Assembly (NCBI RefSeq): GCF_006345805.1
Contig: NC_043023.1
Coordinates: 496,001-560,000 of the forward strand
Length of the DNA stretch: 64,000 nucleotides
From: Octopus sinensis
Taxonomy: Eukaryota
Reading direction: 5' to 3'
In this document: one piece after another, positions 63,350 through 64,000 of the stretch
Position numbering within the stretch: position 1 is the first letter of the stretch
Layout: every line of letters begins with the position of its first letter
The notes under the pieces: model-generated
Told to the model about the DNA's origin: nothing
The model's database searches: none
What the model saw: the letters and a program-made list of their open reading frames with translations, nothing else
Program-made: the position numbers and the translations under genes

Positions 63350-64000
63350 AAAAAATACTGATAGAAGCTTAATTAGCTCTGTTTATAAAGGTACTATATA
63401 GGTTACATAAATTTTATCATTTGATACTGTGTGCATAAAAAACCTTATTGATTGACCTATGATGTTTAAAAATAATGTTAGCACTTGGTAATCCTAGTTT
63501 TCTGTAGCTATGCTAAATGTTGATTATATAAACAGATTGGCCCCTTGTCTCTCTGGGATTGATCAAATTGATGAAGACTCCTCTGATGAGAAACCAATAA
63601 AGTCCGAAAATCGATTTTTTTCAATCCACTGAGAAACAGCTGTAAAAGCCTGGTTAATTGCATATGATAATAGACATATACCGTGAATGCTCAGTTCGAA
63701 TTTGTGCCTAAACTCTAGTTTTAGGTGAAGGGTAATATGATACTTACCTAAATAAAGATTGGCTCTAGCCAACGTGTATCTGTCGAGTGGTTGTATATAT
63801 AACGGAACAATAGAATAAACAGGCAGTCAAATGGTACCAAGTGAGTTTATGAAATATTCATATTAATATTACATATTGAAGCGGAATATAAACCACAAGT
63901 CAGAAGGTATGAGAGGTGAATATATTCATTTAGTCATGCTTAGGGTTACGGCCGTTTCGCAGCCTTCGTCATGTGATTATACTTTTAGTATAGAATACAT

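Noticed and set aside
62825-63620. Two CTGATGA..(G/C)AAAATCGAT motifs in direct repeats at ~62830 and ~63580
   Set aside because: Helices I and II are broken in both copies; counted only as relics, not annotated as ribozymes

Overview
This is a eukaryotic, AT-rich window with essentially no genes. Its SINE families and microsatellite load are consistent with an octopod cephalopod (Octopus-like); that assignment is inferred from recognised repeat families, with no search run. I found no credible protein-coding exon, and all long ORFs are microsatellite artefacts ((TATG)n, (TA)n, (CA)n, triplet tracts). The window holds three abundant tRNA-derived SINE families, dead mariner elements and MITEs, a Helitron relic, RTE, R4/Dong-like and Penelope-like (PLE) retroelement fragments, two kinds of dispersed tandem arrays, an ~8.1 kb (TATG)n array and one 100-N scaffold gap. 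The most notable signal is a dense set of minimal type-I hammerhead ribozyme (HHR) motifs from at least six unrelated sequence families, sitting in PLE-like terminal remnants that often form inverted pairs. These include a family with a swapped G3:C8 catalytic core (GUGAACA) and a TSD-bounded, tRNA-headed SINE-like element whose tail carries an HHR. Several long, near-perfect inverted repeats (arms 150-280 bp) are also present. Coordinates of degenerate elements are approximate (about +/-10-20 bp).
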